Positions 1 to 9,086 of a stretch of DNA of 64,000 nucleotides are shown in pieces. Positions within the stretch are counted from its first letter, which is position 1; each line of letters begins with the position of its first letter. Below the pieces are notes generated by a model. That model saw only the letters and a list, made by a program, of their open reading frames with translations, did no database searches and was not told the DNA's origin. The translations under genes were made by a program, and so were the position numbers. This stretch comes from Bacteroidales bacterium (GTDB taxonomy: Bacteria > Bacteroidota > Bacteroidia > Bacteroidales > VadinHA17): the NCBI GenBank assembly GCA_038245405.1, contig JBBRSO010000003.1, positions 3,300 through 67,299 on the forward strand, given 5' to 3'.

Positions 1-270
1 AACAGATACAGAGTTTATTCACTTGAGCTTACAACAGAAGAAACTCTGGTAGAGCTTTTAAAAACAGGCTTTAAAAAGAATGATGGTTACAACATCCTGA
101 AAACGGTACTTACAACTGCCGACCTCGTAAAATTTGCAAAATATAAACCATTGAAGGATGAAAATGAAACACATTTTCAAAATTCCTGGAGCTTTGTGGA
201 TTCAACAAAAGAAGTTATTGTTCCCGGCTCAACGGCTGAAATTAATAACACAGAGGAGGTTAGGCTATGA
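1..270 (+). CDS. DUF4381-like protein, 3' fragment (gene that precedes batA in Bat operons)
   Basis: Frame +1 is open from the window edge to TGA 268-270, which overlaps the batA ATG (ATGA). The tail ...LTTADLVKFAKYKPLKDE... resembles the DUF4381 C-terminus. It is absent from the ORF track because it has no start in the window. Confidence 0.5.
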   Translation, partial: NRYRVYSLELTTEETLVELLKTGFKKNDGYNILKTVLTTADLVKFAKYKPLKDENETHFQNSWSFVDSTKEVIVPGSTAEINNTEEVRL

Positions 271-1259
271 ACGGAGTAAAATTTGCCGAGCCATTGTTTT
301 TATATTTCCTGGTTATTGTACCGGTAATGATTGCCTTTTATATTTTTAAACAGCAGAAAGCAACCGCATCGGTAAGAATGCCGGGGTTACAGGCTTTCGC
401 GCAATCGGGTACAACCTTCAGACATTATCTGCGTCATATTTTGTTTGCCCTTCGTGCTTTAGCCATTACACTTTTAATACTAATTCTTGCTAGGCCTCAG
501 AGAACCGATAAATTTCAGGATGTTTCAACTGAAGGAATAGATATCATACTTGCCCAGGATATTTCAGGGAGTATGCTGGCAAGAGATTTTAAGCCCGACA
601 GGCTCGAAGCAGCAAAGAATATTGCCACCGAATTTATCTCAGGCAGACCTTATGACAGGATTGGTCTGGTGGTTTTCAGCGGAGAAGCATTTACCCAGTG
701 CCCCCTGACTACCGATCATGCTGTGCTTATTAATCTTTTACGCGAGATACAAAGCGGCGTGATTGAAGACGGAACGGCAATCGGCATGGGACTTGCTACT
801 GCTGTAAACAGAATCAAGGACTCGAAGGCAAAGAGTAAAGTGATTATTCTTCTCACTGATGGAGTTAATAATAAGGGTGAAATAGCTCCAGCAACCGCTG
901 CTGAAATCGCAAAGACTTATGGAATAAGGGTTTATACTATTGGTGTTGGAACACAGGGAATGGCTCCTTATCCTGTTCAGACACCCTATGGTATACAGTA
1001 TCAGGATATGCCTGTTGAAATAGATGAGGGGATTATGAAGGAAATTGCCCAGACAACAGGAGGCAAATATTTCAGAGCTACCGACAATGATAAATTACTA
1101 CAGGTTTATAAAGAAATAGATAAACTTGAAAAGTCAAAAATTGACGTCATACAGTTTACAAAGAAAGAAGAGGTGTATCTGTGGCCTGCAATTATTGTTT
1201 TCTGCTTGATAATGATAGAGATAATTACCAGAAATACAATATTTAAGTCACTCACTTAA
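267..1259 (+). CDS. batA: BatA, membrane-anchored von Willebrand factor A domain protein
   Basis: 330 aa. N-terminal TM helices, a VWA domain with a MIDAS-type motif (DISGSM) and LLTDG, and a C-terminal TM. First of a tandem VWA pair, as in the Bacteroides aerotolerance operon. Confidence 0.85.
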   Translation: MNGVKFAEPLFLYFLVIVPVMIAFYIFKQQKATASVRMPGLQAFAQSGTTFRHYLRHILFALRALAITLLILILARPQRTDKFQDVSTEGIDIILAQDISGSMLARDFKPDRLEAAKNIATEFISGRPYDRIGLVVFSGEAFTQCPLTTDHAVLINLLREIQSGVIEDGTAIGMGLATAVNRIKDSKAKSKVIILLTDGVNNKGEIAPATAAEIAKTYGIRVYTIGVGTQGMAPYPVQTPYGIQYQDMPVEIDEGIMKEIAQTTGGKYFRATDNDKLLQVYKEIDKLEKSKIDVIQFTKKEEVYLWPAIIVFCLIMIEIITRNTIFKSLT

Positions 1260-1272
1260 GCAATAGAGAAAA

Positions 1273-2313
1273 ATGCAATTGTTCAGATTTGCAAATCCCG
1301 ATTTCCTGTACCTGATGCTTTTGCTTCCGGCAATAGTACTATTATATATAATCAATTCATTAAGGAAAAAGAGAGCATTAAAGCGGCTTGGCGACATGAA
1401 CCTTGTAAAAGGCCTTGTTCCGGAATTGTCAAGATTACGTCCGGTATTAAAATTCATACTTCTGCTTACAGCAATCGCAATGAGCATAATCATGATTGCA
1501 AGACCTCAGTTCGGTTCCAGAATTGCTGATGTTAAGAAACAGGGGGTGGAGGTAATTATTGCTCTTGATGTGAGCAATTCTATGCTTGCGGAAGATATTC
1601 AGCCAGACAGGCTCACCAGGGCAAAACAGGCAATATCACGCCTTGTCGATAATCTTGATAATGATAAAATAGGGCTGATAGTATTTGCCGGTGATGCATA
1701 CATCCAGATTCCTTTAACGACAGATTATATCTCGGCAAAAATGTTTCTCTCGGCTATAAATCCAAATATTGTCCCTAAGCAGGGAACTGCTATTGGTTCA
1801 GCAATCGCTCTGGGAATCAGGTCATTCAGCCCGGGAGAAGGAAAAAGTAAAGCAATGATCATCATAACCGATGGCGAAAATCATGAAGATGACCCAGTTA
1901 AAGAAGCAGAAGAAGCAGCTAAGCAAGGCATAATAATACATACTATAGGGATAGGTTCTACAGCCGGGGTTCCGATACCAGTTATTAACAACGGAAGAAA
2001 GGATTATCTTAAGGATGAAAACGGTTCTACGGTTATCAGTAAGCTTGATGAAGATATCCTTAAAAAGATCGCTCTGAGTACAAATGGAAATTATGTAAGG
2101 GCAAGTAATTCAAATATTGGTCTCGACGAGATCTATTCAGATATCACGAAAATGAAAAAGCAGGATCTGGAGAGTACCATGTATACTGAATATAACGATC
2201 AATTCCAGATATTTGCAGCCCTGGCATTATTTATGCTGGTTGCTGATTTTATAATTATGGAGAGAAAGAACAGAAGACTGGCAAATATCAGATTATTTAA
2301 ATTCAAAATTTAA
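1273..2313 (+). CDS. batB: BatB, membrane-anchored VWA domain protein
   Basis: 346 aa paralogue of BatA (DVSNSM MIDAS motif, IITDGENH) with TM segments at both ends. Starts 13 nt after batA. Confidence 0.85.
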   Translation: MQLFRFANPDFLYLMLLLPAIVLLYIINSLRKKRALKRLGDMNLVKGLVPELSRLRPVLKFILLLTAIAMSIIMIARPQFGSRIADVKKQGVEVIIALDVSNSMLAEDIQPDRLTRAKQAISRLVDNLDNDKIGLIVFAGDAYIQIPLTTDYISAKMFLSAINPNIVPKQGTAIGSAIALGIRSFSPGEGKSKAMIIITDGENHEDDPVKEAEEAAKQGIIIHTIGIGSTAGVPIPVINNGRKDYLKDENGSTVISKLDEDILKKIALSTNGNYVRASNSNIGLDEIYSDITKMKKQDLESTMYTEYNDQFQIFAALALFMLVADFIIMERKNRRLANIRLFKFKI

Positions 2314-2321
2314 TTAAAAAT

Positions 2322-3083
2322 ATGTCCGGAGCTTTTCATATAACAGATAACAGGCCGATACTTAAATATTTTTCATTTTGTATGTTTATTCTTATTTCTG
2401 TCTCTTTGAATGCCCAGTCTGATAAGAAATACATCAGAAAAGGAAACAGGGAATATGACAAAGATAAATTTTCTGAATCTGAAATTTCATTTCGTCGGGC
2501 TATAGATAATAATAAACAATCGCCCGACGCGACATTTAATATTGGTGATGCACTATATAAACAGAATAAATTCGAGGAGGCTGGCAAACAATTTACTGAG
2601 AATATAAATCAGAGTAATGATAAACTTAAGAAGTCAGCCGGGCTATACAATCTCGGAAATTCATTACTGAAAGCCAATAAGCTGGAGGAGAGCATTGAAG
2701 CATACAAAAACTCTCTGAAGATGCATCCTGAAAATAAGGAAGCCAAGTATAACCTTGCATATGCTCAGGATCAGCTGAAAAAACAACAGGAACAGCAGAA
2801 ACAGCAGCAGGACAAGGATAAACAGAATCAAAATAAGGACAAAAACAAGAAGGATCAGAACAAGGATCAGAAAGACCAGAATAAAAAAGATGATAAGCAA
2901 AAAGATCAGGATCAGAATAAGCAGGATCAGAAACAGCAGCAACAGCCCGATAATCAGCAAATTTCTAAGGAAGATGCTGAAAGACTCCTGAATTCGCTGA
3001 CAAATGATGAAAAAAATGTCCAGGAAAAAGTTAAACTTGCAAAAGCATCAAAAACAAAAGTCAGAACAGTCAAAAACTGGTAA
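2322..3083 (+). CDS. batC: BatC, TPR-repeat protein with a Q/K/D-rich low-complexity tail
   Basis: 253 aa. Signal/anchor, TPR-like repeats (YNLGNSLLKANKLEESIEAYKNSLKMHPENKEAKYNLAYA), then a QQEQQKQQQDKDKQNQNKDK... tract. Sits in the expected position in the Bat operon. Confidence 0.75.
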   Translation: MSGAFHITDNRPILKYFSFCMFILISVSLNAQSDKKYIRKGNREYDKDKFSESEISFRRAIDNNKQSPDATFNIGDALYKQNKFEEAGKQFTENINQSNDKLKKSAGLYNLGNSLLKANKLEESIEAYKNSLKMHPENKEAKYNLAYAQDQLKKQQEQQKQQQDKDKQNQNKDKNKKDQNKDQKDQNKKDDKQKDQDQNKQDQKQQQQPDNQQISKEDAERLLNSLTNDEKNVQEKVKLAKASKTKVRTVKNW

Positions 3084-3100
3084 CCTGAATTGAAATAAAA

Positions 3101-4918
3101 ATGAAAAATTTTCTTTTATATTTTTTACTCTCATTATTATCATACCCGGTAATCGGGCAGGATATATATGTAAAAGCAGAATATCCTCAGATAGTTACGG
3201 CAGGTGAACAGTTTACTGTAGCTTTTTCTGTAAACGCTGGTGGCGGTGAATTTTCAGCACCTTCATTTAAAGGCTTTTATAAGATAATGGGTCCCGAAAC
3301 TTCGTACAGCTCCAGCACACAGATAATAAATGGGAAAATTTCAACTCAGACATCTTACTCCTATATATATTACCTGCAGGCCGTTACTGAAGGAAAATTT
3401 TCTCTTGCACCTGCAACTTTCACACTAAAAAGTAAAACGTATTCTTCCGATTCTCTGAGAATTGAAGTAGTATCAGGCGCCGCACAGAAACAGAATGCCG
3501 CACAATCTGGCAACACTAGCGTAACAGACAATGCAGATGTAGATTCAGAAGGGAAGGATCTTTTAATAAACCTCTCTGTAAACAGGAGAGATATCTATAT
3601 CGGTGAACCTATTGTTGCCACTGTGAAAATCTATTCACGTGTTAATATCGCCGGAATAAATGAAATTAAATATCCTTCTTTCAATAGTTTTCTCAGGTCA
3701 GATATTGAAACGCCTCCGTTGACCTCCCTGAAACAGGAAAATGTAAACGGAACAATTTACGGTTCCGGAATCGTACAGCAATTCCTTTTATATCCCCAGG
3801 TTACCGGCGAGATTAAAATTGATCCGGTAGAGATTTCAGTTTTGCTTCAGAAAAAAGTGAGAGGGCAATCCGATTCCTTTTTCGGTGATTTCTTCTCTTC
3901 ATATCAAACTGTTCCAAAAGCTGTAGCCAGCCGGCCTGTAACGATTAAAGTAAAGCCACTCCCGGGAACAAAACCAGAAAATTTTTCGGGCGTAGTAGGA
4001 AAACTTGATCTTAAGGCTACTCTAAGTAAACAGGATGTAAATGTGAACGATGCTGTTAATCTGACTGTTGTATTATCGGGTAATGGAAATTTAAAAATAG
4101 CATCGCCGCCTGTACTCAAATTATCACCCGACATTGAGGTTTTTGATCCAAAGGTAACCGATGAGCTCAGAAATGGGATTAACGGAACAAACGGACAAAA
4201 GACATTTGATTATCTTCTTATACCTCGTCACTATGGTGATTTTACGATACCTCCGTTGACTTATTCATATTTTAATATATCATCAGGAAGGTATGAGACA
4301 TTAACGACTGATGAATTTCACTTTAAGGCCAGAAAAGGTAATGATCAGAATGTAGGAGCAAATGTCTATGGCGGAGTTGCGAAAGAAGACGTAAAATATC
4401 TTGGGAAAGATATCAGGTTTATTAAACCTGATCCTGGTCTTCTCAAAAAGACCAGTGATATACTGCTTTCAAAGCAATCCTTCTATAGTGCATATATATT
4501 TTCTATAATTATATTTCTGGTTGTACTGTTTCTGCGCAGGGAACACATAAAGCGAAATTCCGACAAATCGTTGGTTAAAAACCGAAAAGCAGGTAAAATT
4601 GCTATCAAAAGGCTTCATAATGCCTCTGTTTGCCTGAAAAACGATGAGATTGACCAGTTTTATGATGAGATACTTAAAGCTGTGTGGGGCTATCTGAGCG
4701 ATAAACTGAATATACCAACTTCGGATCTGACAAGAAACAATGCTATTGCAGCCCTTCAGGACTATGGTATAGATGGTGAAATGACAACAAATCTCTCCAA
4801 AATACTGGATACCTGCGAATTTGCCAGGTTTGCACCGGCTTCTTCCGGTTCAGCAGCACATTCCGTTTACGAGGATGCATCGCAATTTATTAAGTCAGTT
4901 GAAAACTTAATAGGCTAA
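3101..4918 (+). CDS. batD: BatD (oxygen-tolerance family) protein
   Basis: 605 aa. Signal peptide, a large extracytoplasmic region, one TM (AYIFSIIIFLVVLFL) and a cytoplasmic tail. Size and operon position match BatD. Confidence 0.75.
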   Translation: MKNFLLYFLLSLLSYPVIGQDIYVKAEYPQIVTAGEQFTVAFSVNAGGGEFSAPSFKGFYKIMGPETSYSSSTQIINGKISTQTSYSYIYYLQAVTEGKFSLAPATFTLKSKTYSSDSLRIEVVSGAAQKQNAAQSGNTSVTDNADVDSEGKDLLINLSVNRRDIYIGEPIVATVKIYSRVNIAGINEIKYPSFNSFLRSDIETPPLTSLKQENVNGTIYGSGIVQQFLLYPQVTGEIKIDPVEISVLLQKKVRGQSDSFFGDFFSSYQTVPKAVASRPVTIKVKPLPGTKPENFSGVVGKLDLKATLSKQDVNVNDAVNLTVVLSGNGNLKIASPPVLKLSPDIEVFDPKVTDELRNGINGTNGQKTFDYLLIPRHYGDFTIPPLTYSYFNISSGRYETLTTDEFHFKARKGNDQNVGANVYGGVAKEDVKYLGKDIRFIKPDPGLLKKTSDILLSKQSFYSAYIFSIIIFLVVLFLRREHIKRNSDKSLVKNRKAGKIAIKRLHNASVCLKNDEIDQFYDEILKAVWGYLSDKLNIPTSDLTRNNAIAALQDYGIDGEMTTNLSKILDTCEFARFAPASSGSAAHSVYEDASQFIKSVENLIG

Positions 4919-4923
4919 TAAAA

Positions 4924-5691
4924 ATGAACACAAAACGACTTATATTAATACTGGTTTTCTTTTCGGTCATGGGGCATTATGCAGTTTCCCAGGATACCAG
5001 CAAGGATAAATTTTACCAGGGAGTGACATATTTTAATGCGGGAAGCTATGATAAAGCTTTACAGGTATGGAGTGAGATTTATAAAACAGGATATCAGTCT
5101 GCAAATCTTTATTATAACATTGGAAATGCCTATTTCAAACTTAATAATATACCATCAGCTATTCTTTATTATGAAAGGGCATACCTTCTGAGACCTGGCG
5201 ATGAAAATATAAATTACAATCTCCAGGTCGCCAGAACGCTTAATGTCGACAGGTTTCAGGAAATACCTGAACTGTTTTTCATAAAATGGTATAATTTTGT
5301 TTCTCTGTCGCTTTCGACAAATACCTGGGCTAAATTCAGCTTATTTACATTTATCATATTTTTGTTGTTCTTGTCATTATATATCTATTCTTCACGCCAC
5401 AGGAGCAAAGTCATTGGATTCTGGTTTGCATTATTTTTCATATTTCTGTCGTTAAGTACTCTGGCCTTTGCGGTTAGAAACAGATCATTGGTTTTCAATA
5501 GTCATAAAGCTATAATCACAAGCCCTATTGTAAGTGGTAAAAGTTCCCCGGATACAAGTGGAAATGATCTGTTCGTATTGCATGAAGGGACGAAAGTTAC
5601 TATAGAAGATGAAGTGGGAGAGTGGCTCGAGATAAGACTTTCAGATGGCAACAAGGGCTGGGTACCTGGAAATAGCATCATAATTATTTAA
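4924..5691 (+). CDS. batE: BatE, TPR plus SH3-like domain membrane protein
   Basis: 255 aa. Signal peptide, TPR (ANLYYNIGNAYFKLNNIPSAILYYERAYLLRP), two TM helices and a C-terminal SH3-like segment (GEWLEIRLSDGNKGWV). Confidence 0.7.
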   Translation: MNTKRLILILVFFSVMGHYAVSQDTSKDKFYQGVTYFNAGSYDKALQVWSEIYKTGYQSANLYYNIGNAYFKLNNIPSAILYYERAYLLRPGDENINYNLQVARTLNVDRFQEIPELFFIKWYNFVSLSLSTNTWAKFSLFTFIIFLLFLSLYIYSSRHRSKVIGFWFALFFIFLSLSTLAFAVRNRSLVFNSHKAIITSPIVSGKSSPDTSGNDLFVLHEGTKVTIEDEVGEWLEIRLSDGNKGWVPGNSIIII

Positions 5692-5754
5692 TTCCATTGC
5701 AACTAAATTAGTATATTTCGGGTTAGATAATAAAGACTACTTTCTATACTGACC

Positions 5755-6174
5755 ATGAAAAAACTACTTATAATTCCATTCCTGCTTCTTGCATTGCTTT
5801 CCTGTAAAAAGGTCAAATATTCTCCGGAAGGTCCTACAGATGTGAGAATCAGAAATTTATCAGACGTTCTCTTTGAACAGGTGAATGCCAGTACCTCCGA
5901 AAAAGCTGAGGATACATTTTCTTTCGGATCTGTTGCAAACGGTGCTGTATCAGAATATCATCGCTATACCAAGGCTTATCCCAAGGCAGAAATCACGGTA
6001 AAAATTAATATTGGAGGCTCACTTGTTGACTTTTCAACTGATCCTGTCGATTACACCTACCTGAATTATATTGGCCAGGACAGAATAACCTTTGAGATAT
6101 ATATATCTGATATGAATAACCGGAAGCTTACGATAAATAATGTCGTTCTGGATGAAGCTTTGGTTTTGAAATGA
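5755..6174 (+). CDS. small lipoprotein, function unknown
   Basis: 139 aa. Lipobox LLALLSC follows a short hydrophobic signal. No recognisable domain. Confidence 0.55.
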   Translation: MKKLLIIPFLLLALLSCKKVKYSPEGPTDVRIRNLSDVLFEQVNASTSEKAEDTFSFGSVANGAVSEYHRYTKAYPKAEITVKINIGGSLVDFSTDPVDYTYLNYIGQDRITFEIYISDMNNRKLTINNVVLDEALVLK

Positions 6175-6221
6175 CAATGCCGGCAGGTTTTCATTTGTTA
6201 CCCCCAACCCCATAGAGACTG

Positions 6222-7400
6222 ATGAAAAGAAAAGAGATTAACAGTTCAAGGATGCCTGTATACAGGGATGCGGGATTTGAACTATACGATGCTAAAACCA
6301 CAGCTGAGGCTTTTATAAATGAAACGGGTCATGTAAGGGAGCCTGACCTCTATATTTACTCAAGATACCGCAATCCGACAGTAGTATCGGCAGAAGAGGA
6401 GATTATGAAGATTGAAGATTGCAAATGGGCATTGTTAACCCAATCGGGAATGTCAGCAATCGATACCGCTTTCTCAATATTCCAGACTTCAAAGGAAGTT
6501 AAGCCCTGGCTGTTTTTTACTGAGATATACGGCGGTACTATTTCATTTGTAGAATCAGTATTAAGAAACCGGCGAGGGCTCGATATTCAATATTTCACTC
6601 CTGAAAGCGGGAAGTATGATCTTGTGAAATTAGATAAGCTGCTCTCAGATCTGAAGCCTGAAATAGTATATATCGAAACCATCTCAAATCCGATGCTTAT
6701 TGTTACAGATGTTACTGAAGTGATAAGAATCGGAAAGAAGTATGGGACAAAAGTTATTGTTGATAATACCTTCGCAACACCAATATTATTCAAGCCTCTG
6801 ATGGAAGGTGCTGATATCGTTATTCATAGTGCAACAAAATATTTTTCAGGTCATGGTAACATCACTGCGGGTGTAATTTGCGGCAATGAAACCAAGCTGA
6901 TGCAATCAGCAATTGAATATAGAAAATTTGTTGGTCACACAATCTCTGCTGACGAAGCATATAATCTCGAAACACAGATCCAATCATTCAGATTAAGGTT
7001 CGCTCGCCAATGCGAGAATGCCTCTAAGCTGGCCGGATTCCTTTCCACAAAATCCGTCATTAAGGGAATATGGTTTCCAGGCTTACCAGATCATCCTACA
7101 CACACCATTGCAAAAAAAATGTTTAATGGTTCAGGTTTTGGAGCAATGATTACATTCGATCTTGACGGGAAAGATAAAAATGAAAAAAGAAACAGGAGAG
7201 ACAAGTTTATTCAGCTTGTATCAGAGAAAATAAAGCTCATTCCAACTCTGGGAGATCCACATACGATTCTTATGCCTATTGAAGCTGTATGGACTGCCAA
7301 ATATCCTGAACCGGGAATGATACGACTGTCGGTGGGTTTTGAAGAGTATGATGAACTGTTGAAGACTGTTTCGGGAGCATTGGAAAAACTACAGGTTTAG
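6222..7400 (+). CDS. Cys/Met-metabolism PLP-dependent enzyme (cystathionine gamma-synthase / methionine gamma-lyase family)
   Basis: 392 aa. PLP-lysine motif HSATKYFSGHGN and the DNTFATP motif typical of the trans-sulfuration family. Exact reaction not assignable. Confidence 0.75.
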   Translation: MKRKEINSSRMPVYRDAGFELYDAKTTAEAFINETGHVREPDLYIYSRYRNPTVVSAEEEIMKIEDCKWALLTQSGMSAIDTAFSIFQTSKEVKPWLFFTEIYGGTISFVESVLRNRRGLDIQYFTPESGKYDLVKLDKLLSDLKPEIVYIETISNPMLIVTDVTEVIRIGKKYGTKVIVDNTFATPILFKPLMEGADIVIHSATKYFSGHGNITAGVICGNETKLMQSAIEYRKFVGHTISADEAYNLETQIQSFRLRFARQCENASKLAGFLSTKSVIKGIWFPGLPDHPTHTIAKKMFNGSGFGAMITFDLDGKDKNEKRNRRDKFIQLVSEKIKLIPTLGDPHTILMPIEAVWTAKYPEPGMIRLSVGFEEYDELLKTVSGALEKLQV

Positions 7401-7454
7401 GTTAAGGTTTAGGTTTAGGTTTAGGTTCTCAACCTCAACCTATACCTCAACCTC
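7393..7454. terminator. hairpin built from opposed hexamer arrays, (AGGTTN)x6 then (AACCTN)x4, between convergent genes
   Basis: The AGGTTT/AGGTTA array starts inside the stop codon of the PLP gene. After a CTC loop come AACCTC AACCTA TACCTC AACCTC. The arms can pair over ~22 bp with 3 mismatches. There is no T-run. Confidence 0.4.
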
Positions 7455-7464
7455 TCCTTTTGCT

Positions 7465-8130
7465 TCACTCCCAATTTATAGTCTCAACCCGATGTTCTTT
7501 CAGATAAGTGTTGCATTTACTGAAATGATGATTTCCGAAGAAGCCACGCATGGCTGAAAGAGGTGAGGGATGAACCGACTCCAGCACCAGGTGTTTTGAA
7601 CTGTCAATTGACTCACCTTTTTTCTGTGCATATGAACCCCATAGGAAAAATACCAGATTTTGTTTTTCAGAATTAAGTACTGAAATAACACTATCTGTGA
7701 ACTGTTCCCAACCTTTTTTCTGATGTGAACCTGCCTGGTGAGCGCGAACGGTAAGTGTTGCATTCAGCAATAAAACGCCCTGGGCTGACCATCTGCTCAA
7801 TTCACCGTTTGCTGGCCTTTTAATACCTGTATCCGAAGCAATTTCCTTGAATATATTCACCAGGCTGGGAGGGAGCTCAACTCCGTCTCTCACTGAAAAG
7901 CATAAACCATGTGCTTGCCCAGGGCCGTGGTACGGATCCTGACCAATAATTACTGCTTTAACTTTTTCGAAGGGGCAAAGGTTGAATGCATTAAAAATCA
8001 AACCTCCGGGAGGGTAGATGGTATTGATTCGGTATTCTTCTTTTACAAATTCAGAAAGTTTGATAAAATATTCTTTTTCAAATTCACTCTGAAGTTTTGA
8101 TTTCCAGGTAGGGTCAATTTTAACATCCAT
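7465..8130 (-). CDS. ung: uracil-DNA glycosylase (family 1)
   Basis: 221 aa. Catalytic motif GQDPYHGPGQAHGLCFSV and C-terminal HPSPLSA. Confidence 0.95.
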   Translation of the reverse strand: MDVKIDPTWKSKLQSEFEKEYFIKLSEFVKEEYRINTIYPPGGLIFNAFNLCPFEKVKAVIIGQDPYHGPGQAHGLCFSVRDGVELPPSLVNIFKEIASDTGIKRPANGELSRWSAQGVLLLNATLTVRAHQAGSHQKKGWEQFTDSVISVLNSEKQNLVFFLWGSYAQKKGESIDSSKHLVLESVHPSPLSAMRGFFGNHHFSKCNTYLKEHRVETINWE

Positions 8131-8175
8131 AAATCAGTCTTATGTTACTACCACTAAGTTAACCAAATAATCTAA

Positions 8176-8287
8176 CAACCCCCTAAATCCCCCAAACGGG
8201 GAACTTGAAATCCATCTCATCAATCAAATTATGATAAGCCCTTGATGTGTCGTCTTAGCCCCCCATATGGGGGGTTGGGGGGTTGCC
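8176..8287. repeat. composite C5/G5 nested-hairpin element (dispersed family)
   Basis: caaccccctaaatcccccaaacggggaac ... gtcttagccccccatatggggggttggggggttgcc. The termini are inverted (caacccccc / ggggggttg). Near-identical copies at 38828-38922 and, inverted, at 16401-16497. Relatives at 37576-37664, 46119-46150 and 46335-46390. Confidence 0.6.
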
Positions 8288-8335
8288 TACAGGTAGATTT
8301 GAAGCTCTCTGAGAAACAAAAACAAAAAGAACTGA

Positions 8336-8365
8336 CACAGAGTTTCACAGAGTTACACAGAGGAA
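8336..8365 (+). repeat. phased 10-bp array (CACAGAGNNN)x3 upstream of the CYTH gene
   Basis: CACAGAG at 8336, 8346 and 8356, exactly 10 bp apart. The array ends 34 nt before the ATG at 8400. A related array lies in the same orientation upstream of the gene starting at 45446. Confidence 0.5.
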
Positions 8366-8399
8366 ATCGAACAAGATTAACTTAACTTTACAATAAAAA

Positions 8400-8849
8400 A
8401 TGGCAACTGAGATCGAACGTAAATTTCTGGTTAAAGGTGAGTTCAAGCATCTGGCAGTGAAAGAAATAAAGATGATTCAGACTTATCTGTCAATAGATCC
8501 GGATAAGACAATAAGGCTGAGGATCGCAGATGACAAGGCTTATCTTACCATCAAGAATAAGCCTGAACAGGGTAGATTCGGGCGGAATGAATGGGAAGTG
8601 CAGATCCCTGTTAAGGATGCAACAGAAATGATGAGCATTTGTCTGCCCGGAAAGATCGTAAAATCAAGGTTCCTGATTCCTTCAGACAGACATACCTGGG
8701 AAGTGGATGTATTTCACGAAAAGAATGAAGGTTTGGTAATCGCGGAAATTGAATTGGGTTCCGAAGATGAAAGTTTTGAAAAACCCGACTGGGCTGGAGA
8801 TGAAGTGACAGGTATTCCGGCATATTACAATGCAAACCTTCTAAAATAA
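8400..8849 (+). CDS. CYTH (triphosphate tunnel metalloenzyme) domain protein
   Basis: 149 aa. N-terminal EIERKFLV (ExExK signature). Size is typical of class IV adenylate cyclase / CYTH proteins. Confidence 0.8.
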   Translation: MATEIERKFLVKGEFKHLAVKEIKMIQTYLSIDPDKTIRLRIADDKAYLTIKNKPEQGRFGRNEWEVQIPVKDATEMMSICLPGKIVKSRFLIPSDRHTWEVDVFHEKNEGLVIAEIELGSEDESFEKPDWAGDEVTGIPAYYNANLLK

Positions 8850-9056
8850 TTCTACTTTAGCCTTAAACCCGATTCTATTAGCTGGCACCTGCAATGAATA
8901 TTCAAAAAAAGCAATTCCCCAACTCAGTAATATAACAATGAACAGACTAATATTCTCAAACCTGCTCATTGTCCTCAGCTTTAGATGCCCATACCATGCT
9001 ATTGTCATGAAACCATTGGACATCATCAGTAAAAGTACGGTATATAAACCTTTCAT
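8841..9056 (-). pseudogene. DUF486 (DMT-superfamily small membrane protein), apparently 3'-truncated
   Basis: 71 aa with the family hallmarks SNGFMTIAWYGHLK and SWGIAFFEYSLQVPANRIG. It stops about 40 residues short of the usual length, and its stop lies inside the convergent CYTH gene. Confidence 0.45.
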
Positions 9057-9086
9057 CTTCTGAGGGAGATGTTAAAGGAAATGACT

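Noticed and set aside
2664-2960. 98-aa minus-strand ORF rich in Leu/Ile/Phe that looks like a membrane protein
   Set aside because: It is the antisense shadow of the BatC Q/K/D low-complexity tract, since the CAG/AAG/GAT repeats read as CTG/CTT/ATC. It has no independent support.
8176-8287. Whether the recurring C5/G5 hairpins (also at 16401, 37576, 38828, 46119 and 46335) form a CRISPR array
   Set aside because: The copies are dispersed over 38 kb with irregular spacing and mixed orientation and no unique-spacer architecture, and no cas genes are present.
8881-8895. TGGCAC-containing sequence (tggcacctgcaatga) as a second sigma-54 promoter
   Set aside because: The -12 element is ATGA instead of TTGC, and it lies inside the DUF486 coding region on the opposite strand from any downstream gene.
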